Source of the DNA: Euprymna scolopes
Lineage: Eukaryota
Reading direction: 5' to 3' (one strand)
Assembly (NCBI GenBank): GCA_053919585.1
Contig: CM132811.1
Length of the DNA stretch: 64,000 nt
Under the pieces are notes generated by a model. It made no database searches. It was not told where the DNA came from and saw only the letters and a program-made list of their open reading frames with translations. A program made the translations under genes and the position numbers. Position 1 is the first letter of the stretch; each line of letters starts with the position of its first letter. Of this stretch, positions 49,201-62,037 are shown one piece after another.

Positions 49201-52075
49201 ATTTTGGAGGCATTTATTGTCAATCATACATACAACTTAGAGTCAATTGCCTACAAGGTCAGTGCTCCATTTGTGCCATAACTTTTGCGTGAAACTCAGG
49301 GTCTTCCTCTTTGTTAGAGATCTCTGCAGATACGCAGAAATCCATTTGTTCTGATATAACTTTTTCCTCTGCGGCCTGTCAGGTGAAGATGTGTGCATGC
49401 GACAGTCCTTTCTTTTGGCATTCAATGCTGTACAGTTAAGTCCTCTGTGAAGCCGTTAAACGACCCCTTCCCAAGGGATCCATTTGTCAAATAAGAGTCA
49501 ACCCTCGGTCACGGGCCAAATATGACCCGTCCTTCGTCCTTCGCAGGGTATCTTAGTGTAACAGAACCCGTTAATCGATTCGGTTAGTCTTAATTTCACA
49601 GTCAGGTTGATATGCCGCTGCTTCGTCGATCTGTAGTGCTAGAAGGGAATCAATTTTATGCACACAAAGAAAGACAAACTCAGTGATCTATTCTACGGGT
49701 TAAATTCACAATAACATACACGATATATATTGTTATATAAAATCGTTTGTAGTTCAATGTTGATCTTGACAGACTCCGCTGAGTCCCAAATAGATTAATT
49801 TCTCTCTGGTAAAGCGGTGGAATGATGCGGGAAGAGAGGGAGTGGCGACCTTCGATTGTGCTTGATTCTATTCAAGCCTCAGCTCGATTCTTTCATTCTA
49901 TCTGCGGTCTCGACGCTGTGGACCTGTTCATATAGTGAGGTGAGGGGTAGTACCAGGGATGCTTCTTGGACCAATGGCAACTAGTTACGTCACCCCTAGG
50001 GAAGGTTCTATGTTTGCCGTGTGTACCTGCGATTATGCCAGTTTCCTCATGCCCCGAAGGTCAAGCCCGTGACCTTGTCAGTCGGGTAACTGCACTTTAA
50101 GGCCAAACAACCCTGAGTCATCACTCGTTGGCATCGAAAACGAAATTATATTTTCGTCACGTCTCTCATAAAACAATGAAATTTATAAATCCAATCTTTC
50201 TCTTAGCAGGGTCGGCTGCCATGGCCCGGGCGCACAACGATACTTAAAGAATAAAACAATCATATCTGCCCGGCAGTCTCCAGTGTTTCGCGAGTCTCAG
50301 CCTCCACCCAGTGGGGAGCCAAATCACCTCCTGTGACGGTCAGGTCACACCTCAATCTGTCAAATCCCCCTTTTTTGATAAATTCAGTTAGTTTTTTTTT
50401 CGCTTCTCTCTAAAGACCCTGTCGATAATATCCTGACGATTCTGAGGTTCTGGTCCTTAAAGATTACTTCTGTAATTTCCGTCTAATTTGTAAGAGATAA
50501 AGAGGTCAACTCATCCTATTCGCCGAATATAAGCCATGGCATCATTTATGCCCCAAAACATGTATCGCGTGCCTCTTGTGTAAGTTTCCGTAAGTATCAC
50601 TCGTTTACCAATCTGTTCTGGACTCCTATGCTCTCCAAGTCTCCGTAATTGTCAACTCTCAAGCTCTGTTGCTCCTGCCTTAGAAACTGTAAACCTTCGG
50701 TTTCAATTTCCACCAGCCATTGTTGAAACAGCCTTCAGTACGGGATAAAATAGTTTCCAGGCCGAGTCATGAAATGGTAAGAATAAAACTGCTGTTGGAT
50801 AACTGTTCTCTCAGTGGATGCTTTAATGTAGGTGTCCTAAAATGGAGAACAATAGGAGTACATTATAGTATCGTAGTTCGGATGTAGTTCGGTGATCCTT
50901 TTCAATTCTCCTCCCCCTCAAAAGCTTTTCTGATAATCTCTGAGAGTATGCTATCATCAGCACGGTAAAGATCCTATATTATTTTTATTAGAAACACAAG
51001 CCGAGAAAACAATGGCTGTTTTTTATAACCATATTAAATATACTTATCAGCAGACCATATCTTGAAAAGTGTAGATCTGTTTTGATACTGCCTATCTGCT
51101 GTTTTATTCTCGGTCAGTCAATGAGAAATACTTCTAGTCCTAGGCAATTTAAATTATTGCTCTAATTCAGAGTATTCTCCTTGGAAAGCTGGATTTTTTC
51201 ACCCATTAAAAACCGAGCTAATATCTGACTAACTCTGTTCTCGTGGGAATGCAAGTAATATTAGGATGTTTCTGAAGAATTTATGTAAAAAAATGAGAAA
51301 ACAAATGGCATTTTGTATGCGCATTTTTGAAAATCAAATAGTTTATTTTTGCTTCAAACTTATGTCTATCTTTGGTTCTAAAGAAAGAAAACCTTACATT
51401 TCTTTAATAAAAGAAAATTACTAAATACATCGTTTTAAAACACCACAAAAACGTTTCTTAAAAATTAAAATAATTGAAAATAAATATAAGAAAATTACCT
51501 TCGGTTTTAAACGCAAAAATTTTAAATTAAAAATAAAAATAATAAATCAGCCATAAATAATGTTTCCAAATCAAAAAATCTAACATTAAATAACATCGAA
51601 ATTATTGTAACTCTCAGAGTTTAAATTAAGAAAAAAATATTTCCGGAGTTCAAACAATTAAACTTAGAGAATTATTTCCTTCAGAAGTATTTGCTTAAAG
51701 GGAAATAACTCTCGTGGTTTTAACACAAATGTGTTATTAATAATTAAAATTAAATCTAATCAAGTATAAATTGAATTAAAAATGAACTAAATAAATAAAT
51801 TTTAAATAATATTTCTAGATCGTACAATTGAAACAATTCTATTACAGGAAATAATAAATAAGATCGAACTAATTATTAAAATAGTTTTCTTTAATGTAAT
51901 ATGTAAATGAGGAAACTCGTTCATTGCAAATTTTGTTTGTGAAATACTATATATAGAAATTACGCATAAAATTTAACCTGTAATGACCTTTGATGAAAAT
52001 AGCCTAAAACTGATTCCTATATTTCTTTGACCATGGGCAGTTGTACACACAGACACACAATACGCTACTACATAT
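46256..52075 (-). mobile_element. Helitron with decayed RepHel and internal insertions
   Basis: The 3' CTAG|T lies at 46255-46259 next to a GC-rich degenerate hairpin. Rep motifs QKKGLSHAHI (HUH), DHINIE and LKYAN; PIF1 motifs FLDAPSDTDKTF, IIVDE, GDF and FSMSINKIQDQT. The 5' boundary is approximate. Confidence 0.85.
49557..50376 (-). mobile_element. Putative LTR with adjacent polypurine tract, inside the Helitron
   Basis: TGTAAC...GTCACA termini (49557-50349), a reverse TATA with a CCAAT box near 49930-49975, and AAAAAAGGGGGA on the minus strand at 50365-50376. Confidence 0.45.
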
Positions 52076-52108
52076 ATGTACATATGATGTGTATATAGTT
52101 ATATGATG

Positions 52109-52508
52109 TATGTGCATATGGTGTGTATATATTCATATATGCACGTATGATGTGTATTTATCTGTGAACATATGATATGTACATATATACACATCATATG
52201 TTCACAGATAAATACACATCATACGTGCATATATGAATATATACACACCATATGTACATATATAAATATACACACATCACATGTACATATATATATACAC
52301 ATCATATGTACATAATATAAATATAGACACATCGTATGGACGTCTGTAATATATACATATAATATCTATATATGTACATATTATATGTATATATTACAGA
52401 CGTCCATACGATGTGTCTATATTTATATTATGTACATATGATGTGTATATATATATATGTACATGTGATGTGTGTATATTTATATATGTACATATGGTGT
52501 GTATATAT
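52109..52508. repeat. Two overlapping long palindromes in an ATGTACAT-type minisatellite
   Basis: Arms lie at about 52109-52176/52193-52260 and 52238-52363/52380-52508. Confidence 0.9.
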
Positions 52509-53328
52509 CTTTACTATCATATAAGGGAATATTTTGTGTGTGTCTCTATGGGTTTGTGAGTTCGTCTCCTATGGAAACAAAAACGGTTGGGCTGATTTTT
52601 ATGAAATTTCACGCGAATGTATTTTATGTTCCTGGCAGTGTTCTTAATAGAGTTTTTATCTGAATGTCGTTGATAAGTATCGATAATCGAAATAATTCAA
52701 TGAAAGGAGGGGCAGACAATGCTTAGCAAAGTTAACACCTTACACAGCCTAACATCACAAGTGCATTTGAGGAGTTTATTATGATTATTAAGACCCGGCA
52801 TAAAATCAACAGTAATTTCTTTGATATGGCAGGGGAAGTTCAAAATGAATGCTTCTGTTTAAAGCACAATTGAATATTGTTCTTGGCGTTTTCATTTTAA
52901 ATTATTATCTAATATTCTAAGCTATTATCACCGCGCAACCAGTAAGGTCAGACACAAAATCAACAGTATATTCTTGGATAAGACAGGAGTAGGTTTCGAA
53001 ACAATGTGTCTGTTTCTAGAACAATTGTAGCAAATTACGTAACATTTGCATATAAAACTTTTATTCAAACCATTATATATAAAACAATTTCATATAATAT
53101 ATAGTAGGTTCTTTACAGTGCAATTTATTTTGGACTAAGTCACTGCTGAGAGGCATGTTAAGCTTCTACGCGTTGTACCGTGATGAGTCCTTACTTAAAG
53201 CAGACAACCAATCAATTTGATTGAAAAAGGGAGCAATTTTACCGATTTCGATGACAATAACACTATGACAGTGCGAAACACTCTTTTATCATTATTCAAT
53301 CCCAAACAACGTCGGGCCTCCCTGCTAG
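52508..53328 (+). mobile_element. Complete non-autonomous Helitron (821 bp)
   Basis: A|TC start followed by a typical CTGATTTTTATGAAATTTC subterminal motif, a CCC..CAACGTCGGG hairpin, and a CTAG|T end at 53325-53329. Confidence 0.8.
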
Positions 53329-53840
53329 TATTAATATTTATCTGGGTGGGTGTGCATGTATAAAAATATTGATAGATAAAATGATAGAAAAAAAACAAAT
53401 AATATAAATGAACTGATATGTATGGTGAGTGTCTCTGTCAATGGTTCTTAACTCGATTTTAACAGAGCTGTGTGTAATGAATTTGTATAAAGGTTTTCGC
53501 AGATACACATATCACGGTTAGATGATAAAAACAAATGAGATAAAATTATGTGTATGAATCACCATGTAATTGAATGCTTTGCTAAAATAATACAAGATTT
53601 AATTCACTTCTTTTTCCTTCTATTTTCCTTACTAACAATCAGAAACAATTTTTAAATGAAACTGCGTACAATCGTGTGTAGAAATCTTTTAAAGGAGTAG
53701 CCAATGATTTTCCATGTCTACTTGCATTATGAACATAAAAATACTATTCTAATATTTTTATACTTTTCTTTCTTCATTACATGTAAATGTTGGGAGGCGG
53801 ATATTAAAAGCTAGTGTCGCACAAAAGGATGAAAAAACTC

Positions 53841-54190
53841 ATTTTATTTACTGCGAACTATTATTCTCATCTTTTTAGTTGTTGCTTTACGACATTTCGA
53901 CCAACTATTCCTCTAGCCTTCGTCAGGTGGTAACTGCGACGTCATAGGAACTCCGAATCTCCTGACTGCATTCTCAGCAATTACTGCCTTCCATAGTTGT
54001 TGTCGTCTCACCACATTTTTGGCCAAGTAAGCCTTTTGCCGGCTTTGGGTAGGATTGAAGCTGCTATCTTCAGATAATTCTCACCTGGAACCGTAGCGAT
54101 TCAACGTCTCTATCCACTGGGACACGGGCCCCGAAACGTCGTGAAAGAGCAACTAAAAAGATGAAGATAATAACCCGGAATAAATAAAAT
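53841..54190 (-). mobile_element. tRNA-Arg-headed, hammerhead-containing short element with 59 bp inverted arms
   Basis: A tRNA-like head (54132-54041) precedes the hammerhead CAC-CTGACGA-aGGCTAG..TTGGTC-GAAA-TG-TC (53929-53888). Arms lie at 53841-53899 and 54132-54190. Confidence 0.75.
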
Positions 54191-54739
54191 TAATAAATAA
54201 TACTCATCTCAATAATGAATTCCAATAAAATAATATATATGAAAAAGCTGATGCACAAAAATTTTATAAGAAATTGACGCATCGTGAGATAATTGCAATT
54301 TAACTTGCAAAAAATTAAAATGGATTATTTTCAACTATGACTCAGTTACAAATAAATCCATGTTTTAGCATGTATTTTGTGTGTATAAATTATATGGAAA
54401 AATATCTGAAAGAAGCGAACTTTGATTAAGTCTGCTTTAATACAAAATTAGATAAAGTAGCTGATATAAGAATAACTTCATAATGTAATTATTCTTGTTT
54501 TCGTTTTTTAGTCTATATAATTTAAATTTATATTTGGTCGTATTGCGTTTTGTAGAAAAATCATAACATTTGTTGAACTTTCTGTCTTTCTTGACATTTT
54601 TTCTAGATATTATGAATAATTCGAAAGGTTAAAATATGTTGAAATTTATGACTATTACCTTAAACTCGATCATATATTTAATTTTAGTTTTAGTGCTGTA
54701 TCGGGAAATCATATTCATTTTATCTACTAGTATCAAGTT

Positions 54740-55200
54740 TTAAAACATATTCAATCTATTTATCCAAGCTGGGGATGGACCATCTAACCGGATGCAAAAC
54801 ATTCACTCGCTAACTCAGATATTCCAACCGAGAGATCTTTTGAAAGATTCTGACCGTCCATTTAAATGACAGTGTTTGAATCTCTCTTGCACTTTGTTCA
54901 CCGGTTAAATTTGCCAGGTAGTTTTTGAAATTCTTTTTCATGAGTCCAGTTGTTCCTATATGAACTGGGATGATAGAGGTCTTCTTAAGATTTCAGTTTA
55001 TGTTCATGTCATACATAAGACTTTGCTATTGCGTCATGTTTTTGCTTTAAGCTCTGCTTCAACTAGCATCATTGAGTACACAAACTTCTACCAAGGTTTC
55101 GTTTTTCTCCTTTTTTCATATCACTTTGTAAGGTTTTACATTCTGATATGGCAATTAAGGTACGCATTTTCGATAGATATATTCACATAATATGCGGAGA
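54740..55200 (-). mobile_element. R4/Dong-like LINE 3' end (restriction-like endonuclease region)
   Basis: Translates as KPYKVI..LVEVCVLND...LKKTSIIPVHIGTTGLMKKNFKNYL...EIQTLSFKWTVRIF. Confidence 0.65.
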
Positions 55201-57914
55201 AATTTCCTGAATAAGAACGCAAACAATAATCTAATCATGCACATTTCATTATGAAGTAGACATGATATAACTGCTTTGCAAAATCCATTATTTTGGCTTG
55301 ATGTTGAAGAATGATAAAATAATTGTAATAATCGTTTATAACGAACAACAAATAGCAGCTTATGTAATGAAACAATTTAAATCAAAGCTGAACAGAGAAA
55401 ATAGACAAAAACAGATTAGGAAAAGTTAACAATCTCTAAATTTTGTATACTAAACTAGTTGTACAAACTAACATGTTGTTAGTTTAAAGTGTTCTAGAAG
55501 AGCCAAACGGGTGACCCAACGGGTGACCCAACGGGTTACATTTTGTTACTTTTAATACAAATCTAGACCTAAATTGCGAAAAAATCCTGTATGAACAATT
55601 GTTGCGAGAATACAATGCTTGTAGGTTGTAGCAATTGCATTATTTCAGAAGAATATTACGCATTAAAAGTCGAGCAATTATTCGAAAACAGATCGAACTA
55701 AAATAGATGAATGACATTTGTTTTTCATTTTAACATTAAAACATCTTCTAACATAAAATAAATCTCATTCTAAATGAGTTTGAAAATCCATTATATTTTG
55801 TAGCAACTGATTTTCTCCAAGAAATCAGAATCTATAATCGTTCACAATATGATTTCTTACTTTATGTACTAGAAAACAACGAAAAACGGCAAACAGGAAA
55901 ACAAATGGGTGGTTCTTAGTTTTGCCGTAGATGTGCTCACTTGAGGCCACAAGTCCGTAGATGTGAAATAAGGTAGATTTTAATATAGAAAGTCCAACAC
56001 TCTGATATCAGGGGGTATGGGGGATAAAATCAATGTTGATCGGACTCGTCGGAATTAATAAATACAAACGCTTCGAAACTCTGGAACACATCACATATGA
56101 TACTATGACATCGCTAGCTCTACAACCACAGATAGTAAAAGGATCGACTCTAGGAGACTTAAAACATCTGAGCTGGTCGGTATTAAACCAATTCCTCTTC
56201 TTAGACGAGATGGTGATAGGTGGAAAGAAATGGTAATTTTCTGGAGCAAAGTCCCTTGCAACCTTTCAAATAATAACTTCTAATAGAGTCCTGAAATAAA
56301 CTCGGCCAAGTCAGGAAAGCAAGAATGAAGTCAATAAGATCAGCAGCGTTACTACTACTATTCTATTATTTGGTGTGATTAATAATATTTTTATCCGTTG
56401 TTCGTTAAATAAATTCTAATTTTGTAGGGAAATATCCTCCCTCTAAAACACGTAAAAATTGAAATGCAGGCAAATGCATTCATTTAGTGATTAAATCTTT
56501 CACTAGAACAATTTTACACTGCATATGTTTGAACCTTACGAAATTTTCGTACATTTTTAAGTAGTAACTTTTATTTGTACACTTTTAAATCAATTAATTT
56601 CATTTGACTAAAACATTTTTTTCGCGTATTTATTAAACATAAATACTCTTCTTTACATAGAAGTTATCCAACTGATAGTGATTTTCTACCATTCAATGAA
56701 CGATGAATCTCGAATTGTGATGAATAGAATTATATCTACAGGAGCGGTCGCATATGGAAATGGCATCGTAGGGAGCCTAATCATCTGCAATTAGGCATAA
56801 CTGCTGGTGGGTGGATCTGAAAGACCCTCAAGCAGTCATTCTTTCTTACGATATATACATCATAGAACGCGGCATAATTGCCAACATATCAACGGTTTTA
56901 TTATTGACGGGTTCGGGTTAGCTATCCCAATTATCTTTATACATACAACGTTTCAATTGCTATACTCTCCAATAATCTTCGGGTGTTTTAGTTATAGTGT
57001 ATAATGTAATAATAATTATCTGAATTTTGGAATTAACCCTCCATTCAGTGTGCAAGGAAATTCTAATCTTATTAAACGTTCTAAGAAACATAATTTATGG
57101 ATGTAACTTATATAAAACATGGTCTGCAGAATAAGAAGCTAATTTACGGAAATCAGTCTTTTGTAGCTATGGATAAACCAAATGACCATTTATGTTATCC
57201 ATCTATTCTAGTTTGATTTTAAGGTGCTAAATTTTAATGACAATTTGATATATGAGTATATGTAAAATCTATTTAGATGTTGAACTGAGAGAGCACTCTG
57301 TTCTGTCCTAGTCATTGAAGGAGAAGTCACTACACCGAGGCGATTTTATCTTCTTTTTTAAAACTAAGAACGTCCATTTTTAGGGAGCTTTATTTAACCT
57401 GCATTATAAACTTTATCCACATTGCGAAACACGTGAAGCACACGTGAATAGGCACCCATACATATGTTAATTACGGAAAAGAACAGTAAAATTTAAAGTT
57501 AACAGAAATAGAAGCGATTAACAAAGACTAGGATAATATATTGAAATAGATAATGGTTGGTTAAAGATGATTAGATTAAAGAGGAATTGATAAACGCATA
57601 ACATTACAGATTGTTATAACTTTTCTAATTAATTTTTGAATGTTGTTAAATAAAATAGAAACTATTTACAAAAGCAAATGCTTATAATTGAATAAAGTGC
57701 AACAGAAACATATTTTTAAAAGATTTAAAGTTTACGGCCACTTTATAGTGAATCACAAATTATTTTGTAATAGAAACATTTGTATGTTAATTTTCAAAGT
57801 TTATATAAATTAAACTGTTATATTAAGGGATTTGTCGATTTAAAGAATAAACTAAACTTGCTTTAAAATACGGAGTGTATTAGGATGAAGTATTTTAGTA
57901 AATTATTATAAAAA

Positions 57915-60900
57915 TCAAACCTGTTGCCCTCAACGTGGTGGATTAGTGAAAACGGAGTCGTGCCCAGGCTATGGCGTCTAGGACTATAATTCCTGCAAGT
58001 CCTACCATAGCTAACAGTCTTGGTAGCGCCAGTTAATGACTGAACCTCCGCCAAATGTTACAGGCAATGGTGAAAATCTGAATTTGCTGTGGGGTGGACG
58101 TGAATAGGTAGCTAATGAAAACGTTATTAACAGATAAATGGTGCTTATAGCACAGGATGTCAAGGTCGACCCAGCGACCAAGATCCCACAGTTTAGTTAG
58201 AGAACTAACGCAATCCATTGTAGTGTAAGCGCACACAGATAGTGACAAGCTATTGAAAGACCTGAATGACTCAAACTAATCTGCATCGATCGTCGAGTGA
58301 GTCAACACCGCTCGCGTTCTGGAGTTTTTACTCTGGACATAAATTGTGAAAATTATGCTGCACAAAAAAAACTTCGACAAAAATCGTTTCATCGCGAACA
58401 AAAATTTGCTGAATATATCCACATCCAATGTAAGAACTTAACAGCCGGTTTGTCAGATACAGGAACCCATACCAACAGCAATCACAATATCATATAGAAT
58501 TGCTAAATCTACAAGAACATCTATAATTCCCTGATAATCCGAACAAAGTACCAGGATTTAAAAAAAAATGCTGAATATTTGTTTAAGCCTCAGCCCTCAA
58601 GAATACAGGAAACACAACAGTCGGCGAAGTACGAATTTTGTTGAGCTCTTGTGCCATGAAATCATTGAACAGCGTTGAAAGATAACGTAACGTGGCGCCC
58701 TTCAATGAGAATCCTGCACCAAGTATTGTATCATGCTAAAGTTCAACTAATACTGCAGAAGAACAAAAAGTAATAGATTTTTACGATGCCATTTTATCTC
58801 TTATCATATCCATTCTAAAACATAATATAATTATTGTCGGTGGCAATTTCAATGCACAGTTAGGCAGAAACCAATGTCGAGAATTTGCATGTCATCGAAC
58901 ATCAAATAAAAACGTAGGACACATCAGACATGTTATAATAGAAAATGATCTGATCTGTGTAAACACTCGTTTTCGACACTAGAAAGAAAGAAAACAATGA
59001 GCGTTCACTTATTCGGATGGATTACATGATGATGAAAAGGAAATCAATCAATAGTTCCAAAATCTGTGAAGTGTATCACTCTAATGGATGCAGTTTTCTT
59101 AACACCGTATTATTCTGTTGAATATTAATGTCAGGTTATGAACAAATAAGTCAAGATTAGATACAAATACATACTACAACTGGGAGGTACTGCGACAAAA
59201 TGAGAATCTACAAACCAATTCAGTATCATTGTAAGAAACCGCTATGAATCAATTTAACGTAATGTCACCAATAAAAGTAAAAATAAGAATGTTAAAGACG
59301 CATACAAAAACTTATCAAACCCCTATAAATAAAATGCAGATCCATAAATCCCAAAGAAGTAAAGGTAAAACAAAAGCTGTCTTAGGAAAATGAAATAATT
59401 CAAGATAAAAGTAGAGAACAAGGAAGGCTGACACAAACAAGAACATAGTTAATAGCAGAGACAACATAAAAACAAAAGGAAGCTCAGAAAGATTAAGTAA
59501 CGACATAACTCAAAGAACAGCAGAACTGCATAGAGTCTCGGGTTTGTAAAGTCACAAATGTTACCGGAAATAGACAATGTTCGCCTGCATAGCAACGAGT
59601 CAATGATATTATGTACAGAAAAAGAGGTACTAAGGCAAAGATAAAGCAAACAGCCAAAACAAGTGTTTAAAGAAATAGTAGTGCCATTTTCAAAATCTAC
59701 TCGGCAAAGAGCCCATTGTATCTGATTTCTCCATCAAATTAATTGCAAACATAAGTTAGCAATAAAAAACACGCTATTCTCTGAAAACGAATAGGAAATT
59801 GTTTTGAGGAAGCCCCAAAAAGTATGAAAGCAGCCGGTCTTGATATAAATCCATCTGAATTATGGAAAACCGGCAAGTTTAATGCCATCCCCTTATATAA
59901 TTGTAACAAAGTGTACACGGGTAGCACGATCAAGTTATGGACTGAAAGTTGCATATTGTTCTTCCCAAAGAAAGGGATCTCAAATAAATAATCATAGAGG
60001 CATCTCACATACACACATACATGCAAAAGTATACAACGGTATGCTCCTCGATAGAATACAATCTGAAATGGAAGAGATATTAAAAAGAAATCAACATGAA
60101 TTACGAAAAAACCGCTGAACAATCAGTAAAATTTTGATTGTTAAATGAATTGAAGGAGTAAAAGCAAAGCGATAGTACTGTTTGTGGATGTTTCGAAAAC
60201 TTCTGATTCGGTTCACAGAAAAAGGATGAAGTATATTTTGTTGACATATGGTATCCATGAAGAAATCGTTTCAGCCATGACGATCCTATATCAGAATACT
60301 AAAACCATGGTGCGCTCTCCTGACGGAAACACCGACTTCTTCGAAATAAAAATTGGCGTACTACAATGTGACACGCTGGCTTCATTCTTATTTGTGATTT
60401 CTCTCGATTACGTACTGAAACACTATGTTGATCAATATGGGAATGTGGCCAAAGATTGTTTCCAGCAAGAATCAGAAGATATCCAGCAAAAGAGATAACT
60501 GATGTCGATTATTCTTATGATCTTGCTTTGTTAGCTGATGACAATGCTAATGCACAAAAGTTGCTACATATCTTGAAACAGGTCAGCTGTAATGATTGCA
60601 TACAAATACAACTAAAACAGAATATATGTCCTTACACTAAACCAGCCCAATTAAAAACTGGACAGAACTTGGAGTGCACTAAATCGGCTTAAAGTTATAT
60701 AGAAATCTGCTCTCTTGGCGCAGATAAAACAACTATTTAGAGCCGTAGTGAAGTCGGTGCTGACTTATGGTTCACCAGCATGGACTCCCAATAAAAAACA
60801 AATTTGAAATTAAATTAGATGAAACTTACTCTAGAATGTTCCGTGAAATGTTAAACTAAAACCGGAAGACACACCCAACCATTAACTGTCTGCATCGTCA

Positions 60901-61115
60901 GCTGCCAAGGATCTCTTCAAAGAAAGAAAATACGATATGCCGGACATTGCTAAAGAAAAAAAATGATGAGGTCAGTGATGTGATACGGAACTGCTAAAGT
61001 AGGAAGAGATGTAAAGACGTACACACAGTTATTGACAGAAGGCACTGGCTTACAACTTGAAAATCTTTCTAAAACCATGGTAGACAGAAACATGTGGAGG
61101 GAAAAAGTCAAATAT
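57915..61115 (+). mobile_element. RTE-clade LINE, near full length, decayed
   Basis: GC-rich 5' UTR; EN ISTSNVRT and VGGNFNAQLG; RT KAAGLD, FVDVSKTSDSVHR, GVLQCDTLASFLF and DYSYDLAL; C-terminal RYAGHC and MVDRNMWRE. Confidence 0.92.
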
Positions 61116-61675
61116 TACTAAATTGCGTTTTTGGTATAATGTATAACTTCACGAACTATGGAATAATGTTTAGAAAAGAGTAAATCTGAGTCCTTCAATT
61201 AGATGGAGATAAATTATAAACACAAAGTAAGTATGTGCGAAATTAATTGTATAAAATAACTAGTTTAGAATCGGTGTTCGTTTCGGTATAAAATAACTCT
61301 TAAAAAGTATTGTGTGCCAGAAAATAGAAAAGTAAAGCACTCCGATATGAGTTCGTTTCAAATGTTCATTTTGTACCATTAAGCTTTAAAACTTCAACGG
61401 TAACTCATTTTCCGAAAATATTTCGTTCTGAACATCTCTTTGATATCCGAATTGTCCAGAATCCGAATTAAGTTTTCCCATTAAAACCAGGTAAATTTAT
61501 TGGAAAACATCAAATTAATGCTTATTTACCGATTATTCTTATGATTCTTAAATTAGAGGCAGCACAGTTCCCAATCTTAATCTTCTAATATACCTACATT
61601 ATATTTTTGGTTTCTAAATTCACATTCAATTTAATTCTTTTATATATACTATTTTCGGTATGTAATTGGTTAATA

Positions 61676-62037
61676 CGAGGCTCGTTCCAAAGTAATGCAT
61701 TATTTATATATTCCACCCGAATGGATCAAAGGTAATTGCAAAGGCATTACTATGATGACTGAACTTCTGCATTCATGATCTAAACCTTATATCTCATTGT
61801 TACAAATATTGATGGTGTAAGATTCTAAGGAAGCAATACCTATAATGCACGTGTGTCAGAAGCAGAGATGCGTCATTTAATTTCTGGCAAATGTGTATTG
61901 AGAATCGTGCTGACAATTTAGAAAAATAAATTCTGGGTCGAAAATTTTATCTTGGTTTTGTGAAACCACTCCCGTCTTTGTAGCTATTCAACTTCTTAAA
62001 TAGAAAATAGGAGGCTTTGCATTTGGAACGACCGCCG
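61676..62037. mobile_element. Mariner-derived MITE
   Basis: TA-CGAGGCTCGTTCCAAAGTAATGC ... GCATTTGGAACGACCGCCG. Related solo TIRs lie near 22210, 43200 and 62230. Confidence 0.65.

Noticed and set aside
50915-50965. Minus-strand CTGATGA...GAAA-AGCTT as a hammerhead
   Set aside because: Stem I and the base of stem II do not pair.
54041-54132. Functional tRNA gene
   Set aside because: The acceptor stem and T-loop are broken, so it is treated as a SINE-like head.
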